Assembly (NCBI GenBank): GCA_963792965.1 | Contig: CAWBYW010000011.1 | Coordinates: forward strand, 32,001 to 96,000 | Source of the DNA: an uncultured delta proteobacterium | GTDB taxonomy: Bacteria > Desulfobacterota > Zymogenia > Zymogenales > Zymogenaceae | Direction: 5' to 3' | Length of the DNA: 64,000 bases | Shown here: one piece after another, positions 11,854-21,686 of the stretch | Layout: each line of letters opens with the position of its first letter | How positions within the stretch are numbered: position 1 is the first letter of the stretch | The notes under the pieces: generated by a model | What the model saw: only the letters and a program-made list of their open reading frames with translations | What the model was told of the DNA's origin: nothing | Database searches by the model: none | Program-made: the position numbers and the translations under genes

Positions 11854-11934
11854 GCGTGAGAATGGAGATCGCGCACCGGTAGCCCGTCAGGGTAACTCCA
11901 TAGTCAGGCGACCGCCGTTAGTTTTTTCACCACC

Positions 11935-12735
11935 ATGTCCATCGAACATAAATTCCTCTTTTTCCCCGAGCCGACGATTTACGAGACGCCGGCCGATTAC
12001 GGTCTTGCGTACGAGGACGTCTCCTATACGACCCAGGACGGCGTTACGATCAACGCCTGGTTTGTCCCGGCATCGGAGGACGCGCCGGTCATGCTCTGGT
12101 GCCACGGCAACGCCGGTAACATCTCTCACCGCACCGATAACATCGCGCGCCTCATCCCCTGGGGCATATCGGTCTTCATCTTCGACTACCGGGGATACGG
12201 AAGGAGCGGGGGCGGGATCACGGAACAGGGGCTCTATCTCGACGCCTGGGGGGCCTATCGGTATCTTGTCGACACGCGGGGCATCCCCACGTCAGCCGTC
12301 GCCCCCTTCGGGCGCTCGATGGGGGGACCCGTGGCGGTGGACCTGGCCACACGCGCCGAATTTCCCTGCCTCGTCCTCGAGTCGACCTTCCCGAGCCTGA
12401 AAGATGCCACCGCCTCGATCTACCCCGGGATGGGGCTGGAAAATCTCCTCACCATGCGGTTTGACGCGAGCGAAAAGATACGGCGCGTCCACTCCCCGGT
12501 CCTTTTCCTGCACGGAGACGCGGATGAGATCATCGACATCGAGCTGGGGCGCCGCCTCTTTGATAGCGCGCACGACCCCAAGACCTTCTATGTGATCACG
12601 GGAGCGATGCACAACGACACGTTTGATGTCGGGGGTGATGAATACTTCTCAACGCTGACAAGCTTCATTAAAAAAAATACGGGAGGCAAGGCCGCCCCGA
12701 AGCGCGGCCCTGCTCCCGCACAGGATAAGCGATAG
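11935..12735 (+). CDS. alpha/beta hydrolase (Bem46/ABHD13-like)
   Basis: HGNAGN, DYRGYG.S, GRSMGG nucleophile elbow, HG..DEII, HND. Confidence 0.92.
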   Translation: MSIEHKFLFFPEPTIYETPADYGLAYEDVSYTTQDGVTINAWFVPASEDAPVMLWCHGNAGNISHRTDNIARLIPWGISVFIFDYRGYGRSGGGITEQGLYLDAWGAYRYLVDTRGIPTSAVAPFGRSMGGPVAVDLATRAEFPCLVLESTFPSLKDATASIYPGMGLENLLTMRFDASEKIRRVHSPVLFLHGDADEIIDIELGRRLFDSAHDPKTFYVITGAMHNDTFDVGGDEYFSTLTSFIKKNTGGKAAPKRGPAPAQDKR

Positions 12736-12739
12736 CGGC

Positions 12740-12922
12740 CTATTTTGAGGCAGATCTCATGAGGCTGATCGCGATCACGAAAAAAAGCGACAGAAAAGTA
12801 ACGGCGTAAAAAGAGCTGGGTCCAAGCCCGAAGATCCCCTCGTGGAAAAAGAGCCTCACGACGATGCAGAGAAGAAAGCCAATCAGCGCAAGAAGAAGAA
12901 AAAGATACGAGAATATTCTCAT
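12740..12922 (-). CDS. small two-TM membrane protein (60 aa)
   Basis: AAGGAGGG RBS before ATG; MRIFSYLFLLLALIGFLLC...; two hydrophobic segments. Confidence 0.7.
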   Translation of the reverse strand: MRIFSYLFLLLALIGFLLCIVVRLFFHEGIFGLGPSSFYAVTFLSLFFVIAISLMRSASK

Positions 12923-13095
12923 CTCTCCCTCCTTTGGGATTCCGATGAACGTCAATCTCCAGGGGCCTTCCCGGTGAAAAATCCAACCGGGCAGCCGCGC
13001 GCATGAACAACCGCCCGGCACCTCCGCAAACGGCCGCCGGCGCGGAAGAAATGGATGAGTAGCCCTTCTCCGGGCGGCCTTCACCTCCGGGCGTG

Positions 13096-13296
13096 TTACT
13101 TCTTCTTCGCGCGGATCTTAACCAGGAGGAAGGTGATCGCGAAGAAGAGACAGGTATCGACGAAGCTCATGAGCGAGTGCGGGTAGAGGTCGAAGGCGAC
13201 AGGGTGTCCTCCCATCAATTTCAGGACGATGGCCGCAATGAAACCGAGCACTGCGGCGATGACAAGGATCCAGATAAGGATAGACAAGGCTTTCAT
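13096..13296 (-). CDS. small two-TM membrane protein (66 aa)
   Basis: AGGAGGT RBS; two hydrophobic segments, basic tail; resembles 12740-12922. Confidence 0.75.
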   Translation of the reverse strand: MKALSILIWILVIAAVLGFIAAIVLKLMGGHPVAFDLYPHSLMSFVDTCLFFAITFLLVKIRAKKK

Positions 13297-13396
13297 GATG
13301 ACCTCCTCTCAAAAGATTAAAGGTTCATCTCCATTGCTGTGCCCTCACCGATGAAAGACAAAAGAAATCGGTGGGAGTTGCCCATTCGCGTATGCC

Positions 13397-13939
13397 TCAT
13401 ACCCACCGGACGATCTCCTTTACGGTGCAGCCCATCTTTTCCACCGCGGTCATGAACTCGTGCCGCTTGGTATGATCGGCAATGGCATAGTCAAACCCCA
13501 TGCGCAGGCGGTGTTTCATCTGGGGGAAATCGATCTTAAGGGCCGTCGAGAGCTTCTTTGCCGCGACATCGAGCGCCTTTTCATCTCCGGGCGCCATGAC
13601 GCTCACGAAATATTTCTTCGTAAACTCGTGGGAACAGAAGGGACACGCCCCGTATGCCTCGTCGATCCTTTTTTTGCACTGGGGACATTCCTTGGTTTTT
13701 TCCAGGGCGCCCATTTGGGCGTCCAGGAGCGGCGTGACCTTCATTATCAGGCTTTCGACCGCCACCGCGAAGTTGGCAAACGATATCTGGAATTCTCTTT
13801 CCCTTCTCCTTTGCTCCAGCATGATAGAGAGGATAACGAGCAACACCACAAGCCCCGCCGCGGTGCCGAAAAAGAGGAAGTAGGGGAGATAGGTCCTAAC
13901 AATGCCTTCCACGGTACATCTCCGAAAGTCGTATCGCAC
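13397..13939 (-). CDS. membrane-anchored zinc-ribbon protein (start uncertain)
   Basis: N-terminal TM, CPQC...CPFC. Confidence 0.75.
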   Translation of the reverse strand: MRYDFRRCTVEGIVRTYLPYFLFFGTAAGLVVLLVILSIMLEQRRREREFQISFANFAVAVESLIMKVTPLLDAQMGALEKTKECPQCKKRIDEAYGACPFCSHEFTKKYFVSVMAPGDEKALDVAAKKLSTALKIDFPQMKHRLRMGFDYAIADHTKRHEFMTAVEKMGCTVKEIVRWV

Positions 13940-13994
13940 ATTTCATGATATCACGACTATTATACCCGGCCTGTGACGGTCATTGCAAGGGGAA

Positions 13995-14654
13995 TTATCG
14001 CTTGACGAACTCAATGCCGAACGGGCAGAAGGTGAGGAGGGGGCAATCGTCGCAGTGGGGGTTCTTAGGCTTGCAGATCGTCCTGCCCAACTGAATCAGG
14101 TTGATATGGGTCGGGTAATATTTTTCGCTCGGGACGAGATCGGCCAGGATTCGATGGGCCTTTGTCGCGTCGGCCTTTTCGGGAACAAGGCCCAAACGTT
14201 TTGTCACGCGCAGCACATGGGTGTCCACCGGAAAGGCCGGCTTTCCGAGTGAAAAAAGGAGGACGATGGCCGCGGTCTTCTCGCCGACGCCGACAAACGA
14301 GAGGAGCTCATTGCGCGCGTCCTGTGTCTCGAGATCACGGAGGTAATCCAGGGATAGCTCGCCGTGCTTTTGCCTGATCTGGGTCAGGATCGTTTTGATC
14401 CTCTTTGACTTCTGAGGACCAAGCCCGCCGACCCTGATCTGCTCCTCGATTTGGGCGGCGGAGGCGGACATCACGTCCTCCCAGTGATAGAAGCAGCGCT
14501 TCAGGTTGTCGTAGGCACGGTCGCGGTTTTTGTCGGTCGTGTTCTGGGAGAGTATGGTGAAGACAAGCTCCGAGAGGGGGTCCTTGATCCTTTCGGGACG
14601 GGGGACGCCGAAGTATGCCTCGAGGGCGGTAATGATCTGAAGTACAGTGGTCAC
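13995..14654 (-). CDS. nth: endonuclease III family DNA glycosylase (HhH-GPD, 4Fe-4S)
   Basis: ILSQNTTD, GVGEKTA, FPVDTHV.R, C.PKNP.C..CPL...C. Confidence 0.9.
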   Translation of the reverse strand: MTTVLQIITALEAYFGVPRPERIKDPLSELVFTILSQNTTDKNRDRAYDNLKRCFYHWEDVMSASAAQIEEQIRVGGLGPQKSKRIKTILTQIRQKHGELSLDYLRDLETQDARNELLSFVGVGEKTAAIVLLFSLGKPAFPVDTHVLRVTKRLGLVPEKADATKAHRILADLVPSEKYYPTHINLIQLGRTICKPKNPHCDDCPLLTFCPFGIEFVKR

Positions 14655-14776
14655 ACTCCAATTCTCTCACGGCACCGTTCTCGGGTGGCAACCTAAAATG
14701 TTTTTCCTCTTTACTTTTGCCGTCGGATTTATTATAAACATAAGATATTTCCCACAAAAAAACCCGAGGGGGGCTT

Positions 14777-15997
14777 ATGGATACGATTCGCTATCTGGTG
14801 GTGTCGTCCTACGGCAGCATCTTTGCTGAAGTACCCCATGTGTTCGCAAGCGCGCCGGGCAGGATCAATCTCATCGGGGAGCACACCGACTACAACGAGG
14901 GATTTGTCCTCCCGATGGCGATAGAGAAGAGGACGTACGTGGTGGCCAAGCCCATGTACGGGGACATGGTGCGGATAAAGTCCGTCGGCTTCAAAAAGAT
15001 CGAGGAGTTCTGCATGAGGCAGCGCCTCGAGAAGAACGACGGGTGGGCCGACTATGTGAAAGGAGTCGTCGATCAGTTCATCAAGAGCGGACGCGCCGTG
15101 GAGGGGTTCTGGGCGTACTATCTGGGCGAGGTCCCCATCGGCTCGGGGCTCTCTTCCTCGGCGGCGCTCGAGGTGGCCACGACGATGCTGCTGTCGGAGA
15201 TGTTCGGCCATCCGCTGAAGCCGGAGGAGGCCGCGCTGTTGGCTCGGTCGGCCGAAAACCAGTTTGTCGGCGTCAATTGCGGCGTGATGGACCAGATGGT
15301 GAGTATGCTGGGAAAAGAGGGGAACGCCCTGTTCATCGACTGCCGTGACCTGAGCTATAAATACGTTCCCCTTAAGCTCTCCGACGCCGAGTTTGTGGCG
15401 GTGGATACGAAGGTCACGCGCGAGCTCGGCTGCGCGGCCTATAACGACCGGCGCGCCGAGTGCGAGAAGGCGGCCTCGATCCTCAAGAAGACGAAGAAGG
15501 GCCTGGCCACGCTCCGGGACGCGACCCTGTCCGATATCGAGAAGAACAAGAAAGAGCTCGGGGATTCCGTCTTCAAACGCGCCCGGCACGTGGTCACCGA
15601 AAACGACCGGGTGCTGAAAGCCAGGGAACACTTGTCGGCCGGCAAGCTTGCCGATTTCGGCGCTCTCATGTACGAATCCCACGAGAGCCTCAAGAACGAC
15701 TATGAGGTGAGCTCTAAAGAGCTCGACGCGGTGGTGGATACCGCCCGGGCGACCAAGGGCGTATTAGGGGCCCGGATGACCGGCGGCGGGTTCGGCGGGA
15801 GCGCGGTGGTCCTCGTTAAAAAAGAAAGTCTCCCGACGTTTACGGAGGCGGTCACGGCTGCCTTTGCCGCAAAGGAGTGGACGGCTCCCGAGGTATTCGC
15901 GGTCAGCCCGTCGGCGGGGGCGAAAGTGGAGAGGCTCAATATCAAGTTTCCGGAGAAAGAGTCCGTAAAGGAAGAAAGGCCGAAGAAGGAGAAATAG
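14777..15997 (+). CDS. galK: galactokinase
   Basis: APGRINLIGEHTDYNEG, PIGSGLSSSAA, CGVMDQ, GARMTGGGFGG. Confidence 0.95.
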   Translation: MDTIRYLVVSSYGSIFAEVPHVFASAPGRINLIGEHTDYNEGFVLPMAIEKRTYVVAKPMYGDMVRIKSVGFKKIEEFCMRQRLEKNDGWADYVKGVVDQFIKSGRAVEGFWAYYLGEVPIGSGLSSSAALEVATTMLLSEMFGHPLKPEEAALLARSAENQFVGVNCGVMDQMVSMLGKEGNALFIDCRDLSYKYVPLKLSDAEFVAVDTKVTRELGCAAYNDRRAECEKAASILKKTKKGLATLRDATLSDIEKNKKELGDSVFKRARHVVTENDRVLKAREHLSAGKLADFGALMYESHESLKNDYEVSSKELDAVVDTARATKGVLGARMTGGGFGGSAVVLVKKESLPTFTEAVTAAFAAKEWTAPEVFAVSPSAGAKVERLNIKFPEKESVKEERPKKEK

Positions 15998-16138
15998 GGA
16001 CATAGATTACAGAATTACAGAGCGGTCCGAGTGGCGCGGACAACCGAAAGGCTGTCCGTGTTTTGTTAGAGATGCCCGGACAAGCTATCGCGATTATGCC
16101 GGCAAGCGGGCATTACCTGACGACGCGGTGACTAACCC

Positions 16139-16162
16139 GTAGGGGCGGCATATATGCCGCCC
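16139..16162. repeat. GTAG-type REP-like palindrome
   Basis: GTAG-GGGCGGCA-TATA-TGCCGCCC in intergenic space. Confidence 0.6.
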
Positions 16163-16279
16163 GCGGGCACGACATACCACGCCCTGCAACGCTCTCAATG
16201 ATCTCGTCTCTTCATACCTCCGCGAAAACCCCCCCACAAATCGCTTGACGAAACGCCCGATACGGTGGAATATATAATC

Positions 16280-17429
16280 ATGGACCGTCAACAGACAGAA
16301 GCCTGGGAGCTCAAGTACCTCAAGCCCTACGCCTCCTTTTCCGCGAAAAGCCACGGGAGGAAGCACAAGGAGCCGGAGGACGAGATCCGCACGGCCTTCC
16401 AGCGGGACCGGGACCGGATCATCCACTCCAGCGCCTTCCGCCGCCTCGAGTACAAGACCCAGGTTTTCGTCTATCACGAGGGGGACTACTTCCGCACCCG
16501 CCTCACCCACACCATCGAGGTCGCCCAGATCGCCCGGACGATCGCCCGGTCGCTCGGAGTCAACGAGGACCTAACTGAGGCGGTGGCGCTTGCCCACGAC
16601 ATGGGCCACCCCCCCTTCGGCCACAGCGGAGAAAAGACCCTCGACGAGCTCCTCAAGGACGACGGCGGCTTCAACCATAATCTCCAGAGCCTCAAGATCG
16701 TCGAAGAGCTCGAAAAGAAATACCCGAACTTCCCCGGGCTTAACCTCACCTACGAAGTCAGGGAAGGGCTGGCAAAACACAGCACGGAATACGACGTGCC
16801 GGGGGTGGGGGAATTCGCGGAGCATCCGGGCGCATCGCTCGAGGCCCAGGTGGTCGATATCGCCGACGAGATCGCCTACAACAGCCACGACATCGACGAC
16901 GGCCTTGCCTCGGGGATGATCGACGAGGCAGACATCGCGTCGCGTTCGCCTCTGGCACGAGACCTTCGACGCGGTCGTGAAAAGCTGGCCCGCCGAGGAC
17001 CAGAAGGTCTGGCGCCTTGTCTCCGTTTCGCGGCTCATCGGACGGCAGGTCAAGGACGTGATCGCCGAGGTGGAAAAGAACATCAAGACACGCAGGATAC
17101 ACACCGTCGAAGACGTGCGCGGGGCACCTGAGAGGATCGCGTCGTTCAGCGACGGGATGGGAGATCTCAACGAGGAGCTCAAAAGGTTCCTCATGAAGCG
17201 GCTCTACCGTCACTACCGGGTGGTGAGGATGAGTGGCAAGGCGGAGCGAATCGTAAAGGACCTCTTCAGCACGTACCTCTCCATCCCCGAGCAGCTTCCG
17301 CCGGCGATATATGAGGAGTATAACAGGACCAAGAGCAAGCGGGTGGTCACGGACTACATCGCCCAGATGACCGACAAGTTCGCCATCGACGAGCACGGTA
17401 AGCTCTTCTCGCCGTACGAAAAGGTGTGA
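16280..17429 (+). CDS. dgt: deoxyguanosinetriphosphate triphosphohydrolase (dGTPase-like HD protein), frameshift near 16940
   Basis: [58 protein letters not shown]. Confidence 0.92.
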
Positions 17430-17442
17430 GCGTATTTCGAGG

Positions 17443-17565
17443 CGTCACTGCGAGGGAGCGGGCGCGGCCGAGGCAGTCGCCGTCGGTCACGCGGAGAGGT
17501 GCGTGTCAGCCACGATCGGATAACATTTGGGCTCGCCACGGGCCCTTTGAGTCCTCGCGATAACG
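17443..17565. repeat. degenerate CGTC-type REP-like long palindromic element
   Basis: Imperfect terminal inverted repeat CGTCACTGCGAGG ... CCTCGCGATAACG just after dgt stop. Confidence 0.5.
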
Positions 17566-17582
17566 GTAATTACTGAATCTAA

Positions 17583-17981
17583 ATGGAAAACATCCTATCC
17601 GACATAATCCTTCTGGTCCATTTTGCCTGGATACTCTTTATCATTCTCGGCCTGCCCGTTGCGCTCGCGTTTGCGCTCCCCCGATTCAGGGTATTTCACT
17701 CGATCGCCCTTATCTTCACGGTCATCATGCAGGTCACGGGCACCATCTGTCCCCTCACGGACCTCGAAGAATACCTGAGACGCGCCGCTAACCCCCATTT
17801 CACCTACGGCGGCTCGTTCTTGATATCGTGGCTGAGAAAGCTGATATACATCGAGGACATCGGCGTCTCACTGTTGATCATCTATATTATTACGGGGATT
17901 TACCTTGCTTTTGTGATCCTCTCGTATTTCCTGTGGCCGCTGCCCAAGAGGTCCGCCCGTCCGCCGAAGGCACGAGCATAG
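17583..17981 (+). CDS. DUF2784-like membrane protein
   Basis: D.ILLVHFAWILF, ICPLT.LE..LR, FL..W...LIY. Confidence 0.8.
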   Translation: MENILSDIILLVHFAWILFIILGLPVALAFALPRFRVFHSIALIFTVIMQVTGTICPLTDLEEYLRRAANPHFTYGGSFLISWLRKLIYIEDIGVSLLIIYIITGIYLAFVILSYFLWPLPKRSARPPKARA

Positions 17982-18025
17982 GGCAACCGCCAAATCCCTT
18001 TACTTTACCAACGTGGGGAGTCGTT

Positions 18026-18302
18026 ATGAACCTTAAGCTCTTCTTTACCGTATTCGGCACGATCCTCCTTGCCGGAGCTGGGCGACAAGACTCAGCTTGC
18101 CGTCATGGCGATCGCGGCCGATCACAAGGAGGGGTTATTTTGGATCTTCCTCGGCTCCGCGCTGGCGCTGGCCCTCACGTCACTGGTGGGCGTCCTTCTG
18201 GGCGGGTTTATTGACCGCTTCGTCCCGGCGCACATCATCCACTATATCGCGGGAAGCGCTTTCATCGTCATCGGGATATTGATGATCCTCAACAAATTTT
18301 AG
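18026..18302 (+). CDS. TMEM165/GDT1 (UPF0016) family half-size cation transporter, frameshift near 18072
   Basis: MNLKLFFTVFGTILLA joins ELGDKTQLA signature after removing one base. Confidence 0.85.
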
Positions 18303-18313
18303 GGGGTATATCC

Positions 18314-18928
18314 ATGGGATTTCTTGATTTTCTCACCGGGGTCAAACGGCCGGCGGCGGGCGTCGCGCCCGTGGCAAAAGGCGAGCTGACAACCAAGATC
18401 GCCGCACTTTCCGGCGAAAAGACACCTTTTTCCGTGAAGCCGTCCGACGAGTCGGACCTGATCGTCGAGCTCAAGATAGCCGACGCCAAGTGGTACGAGA
18501 TCTTCGCGAAGGCGTCGCTCACGAAGACCTATCGGATCTATCTTCTCCTTGACGACGCCTCCAAGGAAGTGCGCGCGCTGGAGGAGACGGGCGAGGTGAC
18601 CTGGAAGGCGGGCGTGCCGAGCGTGAGTTTCTCGGCCGAGATGTTCCGCGGCAGGACCATCGCCCAGAAAGAGTTCGGGACGGCCTACGCCTTCAAGGAT
18701 AAGAGCCCCGGCTCTTTCGGTAAGGTCTATGAATATTCGTTTGACGCGAATGACGTAAAGAGGCCCCTGATCGAGGCGGTAACCGGATGCGGCTGGTCAT
18801 ACGTTCCGGTGACGAGCAAGGGGAAGGTCAAAAAGAGAATAGGCTCACTGGACAACTGTGGTTGTCCGGATAAACCTGCGTCCTCTTCCGTGGGGGGCCC
18901 CCAAGGAATCGAAGATTCTTCGGGGTAG
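18314..18928 (+). CDS. conserved hypothetical protein (true end may be near 18842)
   Basis: 204-aa ORF with RBS, host-like codon usage to about 18835; tail looks like read-through. Confidence 0.7.
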   Translation: MGFLDFLTGVKRPAAGVAPVAKGELTTKIAALSGEKTPFSVKPSDESDLIVELKIADAKWYEIFAKASLTKTYRIYLLLDDASKEVRALEETGEVTWKAGVPSVSFSAEMFRGRTIAQKEFGTAYAFKDKSPGSFGKVYEYSFDANDVKRPLIEAVTGCGWSYVPVTSKGKVKKRIGSLDNCGCPDKPASSSVGGPQGIEDSSG

Positions 18929-19225
18929 TCAGGGCACCGGGTCGAATCCCCCCGGGTTGAAGGGGTTGCAGCGCATGATGCGCCAGAGCCCCATGGCCCC
19001 TCCCTTGATAACCCCGTATTTTTCGATAGCCTCGTACGTGTATTGAGAACAGGTCGGATGAAACCGGCACACCCCCGAGCGGAGAAGCCGCGTCATCAGC
19101 GGGCTGTGGTCAGGCGAGATCGTGGCCTGGTAGAGGCGGATCAGGCCCATCGGAATCCGCCTGACGGGGCGGACCGCCCGTTTCAGAAAGCCGCCGGCCT
19201 GACCCCATACCGGTTTCTTTGTCAC
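18929..19225 (-). CDS. yidD: membrane protein insertion efficiency factor
   Basis: [28 protein letters not shown]...G.WRI.RCNPF..GG.DPVP. Confidence 0.93.
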   Translation of the reverse strand: MTKKPVWGQAGGFLKRAVRPVRRIPMGLIRLYQATISPDHSPLMTRLLRSGVCRFHPTCSQYTYEAIEKYGVIKGGAMGLWRIMRCNPFNPGGFDPVP

Positions 19226-19237
19226 CCACCGTTGTCA

Positions 19238-20389
19238 CTATATCCCCTTGCCCCGCAGGTAGTGGCAGATGATCATCCGCTGGACCTCGGAGGTGCCGGC
19301 GCCGATGGCAAAGACTTTCGCGTCGCGCATCATCCGCTCCACCCGGTATTCCTTGGTGTAGCCATAGCCGCCGTGCACCTGGACGGCGTCGGTGGTTACC
19401 CGCATGACCATGTCGCAGGCAAAGAGCTTCGCGTAGGACGCGGAGAGCCGCGCGTCCCCGCCCTGGTCGAGGATCGCGGCGGCATTGTAGATCAAGAGCC
19501 GCGCCGCCTCGATCTCGGTGGCCATGTCGGCCAAGAGCTTTTGTACCATCTGGAAGTTGAAGATGGCCGTGCCGAACTGCTCGCGCTGCTGGGAATATTT
19601 GAGCGCCTCCTCGAACGCGCCCTGGGCGAGCCCGAGCGCAAGCGCGCTCCAGCAGACCCGCTCCGTGTCCAGCCCGCCCATCATCTGTTTGACGCCGATC
19701 CCCTCGACTCCGCCGACGAGGTTCTCGGCGGGGACCCGGCAATCCTCGAAGACCAGCTCGCCGGTGGGAGACGAGCGCAGGCCCATCTTGTCAAATTCCT
19801 TTCCGACGGAAAAACCGGGAAAATCGCGCTCGACGACGAACGTAGAGACCCCCTTGGGGCCCCGGCTCTTATCGAGCGTCGCGTAGACGTAGGCAACGTC
19901 GGCGATGGGGGCGTTGGAGATAAAGGTTTTCGTCCCGTTGAGGATATACGAGTCTCCGTCCTTCGTCGCCCTGGTTGACACGCTGACGGCATCGGAGCCG
20001 GCGCCGGGCTCGGTGAGGCCCATGCAGCCGATAAACCGGCCCGAGGCGATCTCGGGGAGGTACTTCTTTTTCTGCGCGTCCGTTCCGTTCCGGGACAGGT
20101 TATTACCGAAGAGGAGCGATGAGGCTCCCATGACGGTGGCAAGCGACGGGGAGTAGCGGGAAAGCTCCTCCGAGACCATCGCGATCGTGAGGAAGTCTTT
20201 GAAGCTGCCGCCGTAGGCCTCGGGGATCCCGATGCCGAAGAGTCCGAGCTCTTTCATCTGCGTCAGGAGCCCTTGGGGACAGCCGCCCTTTTTGTCGTTT
20301 TCTTCCTCGACGGGCTTCACGTTCTTCTCGCAAAACTCCCGTACGGTGTTGAGCATGATCCTCTGTTCTTCCGTGATCTGGTACAGCAC
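19238..20389 (-). CDS. acyl-CoA dehydrogenase (isovaleryl/short-chain type)
   Basis: GLTEPGAGSD, LNGTKTFISN, KMGLRSSPT, R.QFG, VQVHGGYGY, IGAGTSEVQR. Confidence 0.95.
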   Translation of the reverse strand: MLYQITEEQRIMLNTVREFCEKNVKPVEEENDKKGGCPQGLLTQMKELGLFGIGIPEAYGGSFKDFLTIAMVSEELSRYSPSLATVMGASSLLFGNNLSRNGTDAQKKKYLPEIASGRFIGCMGLTEPGAGSDAVSVSTRATKDGDSYILNGTKTFISNAPIADVAYVYATLDKSRGPKGVSTFVVERDFPGFSVGKEFDKMGLRSSPTGELVFEDCRVPAENLVGGVEGIGVKQMMGGLDTERVCWSALALGLAQGAFEEALKYSQQREQFGTAIFNFQMVQKLLADMATEIEAARLLIYNAAAILDQGGDARLSASYAKLFACDMVMRVTTDAVQVHGGYGYTKEYRVERMMRDAKVFAIGAGTSEVQRMIICHYLRGKGI

Positions 20390-20579
20390 TATGCCTCCTT
20401 ATAGGCCCGCCATGAGGTAGAAATAGAACCGGGGGAAATCGGCGCGGGACTCGATGACCTTTCCCCCATCGTCGGAAATAAATTGTTGACTAAAATAAAT
20501 AGATACGTCTCATCATGGTCCGCCACTCGACGTCAGCCGGTCGGAGGGCGGAGCTGCGCGCGACAGCCACGTACGTTGC

Positions 20580-20867
20580 TTACTGTACCTTATTCGGAGA
20601 CGACGTCGTGTTCGCCGGGTTCGTGTCGTTATGGATGAGCTGGTCGATATCCTTATGCTTTGCCGGACACGATTCGGGAAGGACGATCCTGACCGCCTCC
20701 CATCCGATACCCGCGACGAGGAGGCCGAGCTCCCGACCCCATCCGAGCACCGAGCCGGGCGCGCCGGCCCCGGTTGCTGCCCCACCTGTCGGCGCCGTTG
20801 CCGTCACGCCGATCAACGGAAAGGCCAGCAGCAACACGAGAGCCAGAAAAAGGGCTTTAGTTTTCAT
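20580..20867 (-). CDS. small exported hypothetical protein
   Basis: GGGAG RBS; signal-peptide-like N-terminus, Gly/Ala/Thr linker. Confidence 0.55.
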   Translation of the reverse strand: MKTKALFLALVLLLAFPLIGVTATAPTGGAATGAGAPGSVLGWGRELGLLVAGIGWEAVRIVLPESCPAKHKDIDQLIHNDTNPANTTSSPNKVQ

Positions 20868-20975
20868 TTTCTCCCCCCGCGTTACCTACAATTCCATTAT
20901 AGCAGGATCGAGGAGGGCCGAAAAGCAAAATAATCAATCGCCGCCTTGACGACGGGTGTCTGTCGCCCTATACTG

Positions 20976-21638
20976 ATGAGCATGAAGGAAACTATCTATC
21001 GGGGGCTCGCGCTGGATGTCTGCGGTGTGCTCACGACGCACAGGAGCGTCTGGCAGTTCATCCACGAAGAGCTCGGCATCTGGGAGACGCGGGCCGTCCG
21101 CTTCCAGGAACAGTTCCTGGCCGGCACAATCACCTACCGGGAGTTCTGCGAAAAAGATGCGGCGCTCTGGGCGAACAGACCCGTCGGTGAGCTGACCGAG
21201 ATCGTGAAGCGGTTGCCCTACCGGGAGGGGATCGGGGAGCTCTTCGAGACGGCGGGCCGACTGGGCCTCAGGACCGGCCTCATCTCCACAGGTTTGACGC
21301 TCCTGACCGACCGGATCGCGGAAGACTTCAAGGTCGACTTTTCCGCCGCCAACCGGCTCGTGACGGCCGACGGCGTCTTTACGGGCGCGGTCGAAGTCCT
21401 CGTCCCCCACGACGGCAAGGGTAAGGAGCTGGTAAAGTTTGCCCGGACGTTTGGGATGAGGCCGGATGAGGTCATCGCCGTGGGCGATGGCGCGTCCGAT
21501 ATCCCGATGTTTCGAGAAGCCGGATACGCGGTGGGGTTTGGGAGGGTGACCGAGGAGGTACGACGTGCGGCCGACGCCACCACCGAGGAGGATATTCCAT
21601 CTCTGGTCGGATTACTCACCGGAATGCGGAGTCGCTGA
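20976..21638 (+). CDS. HAD-IB phosphatase, phosphoserine-phosphatase-like
   Basis: Motif I DVCGV, ISTG, K, AVGDG.SD.PMF..AG. Confidence 0.85.
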   Translation: MSMKETIYRGLALDVCGVLTTHRSVWQFIHEELGIWETRAVRFQEQFLAGTITYREFCEKDAALWANRPVGELTEIVKRLPYREGIGELFETAGRLGLRTGLISTGLTLLTDRIAEDFKVDFSAANRLVTADGVFTGAVEVLVPHDGKGKELVKFARTFGMRPDEVIAVGDGASDIPMFREAGYAVGFGRVTEEVRRAADATTEEDIPSLVGLLTGMRSR

Positions 21639-21686
21639 CAGACGGGTTCCCCCGGTCACTTCATGCGACCCCCTCGCCCTGTGCGC

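Noticed and set aside
16280-17429. dGTPase as anti-phage defence gene
   Set aside because: Short housekeeping-type dGTPase with host-like codon usage and no defence-island context
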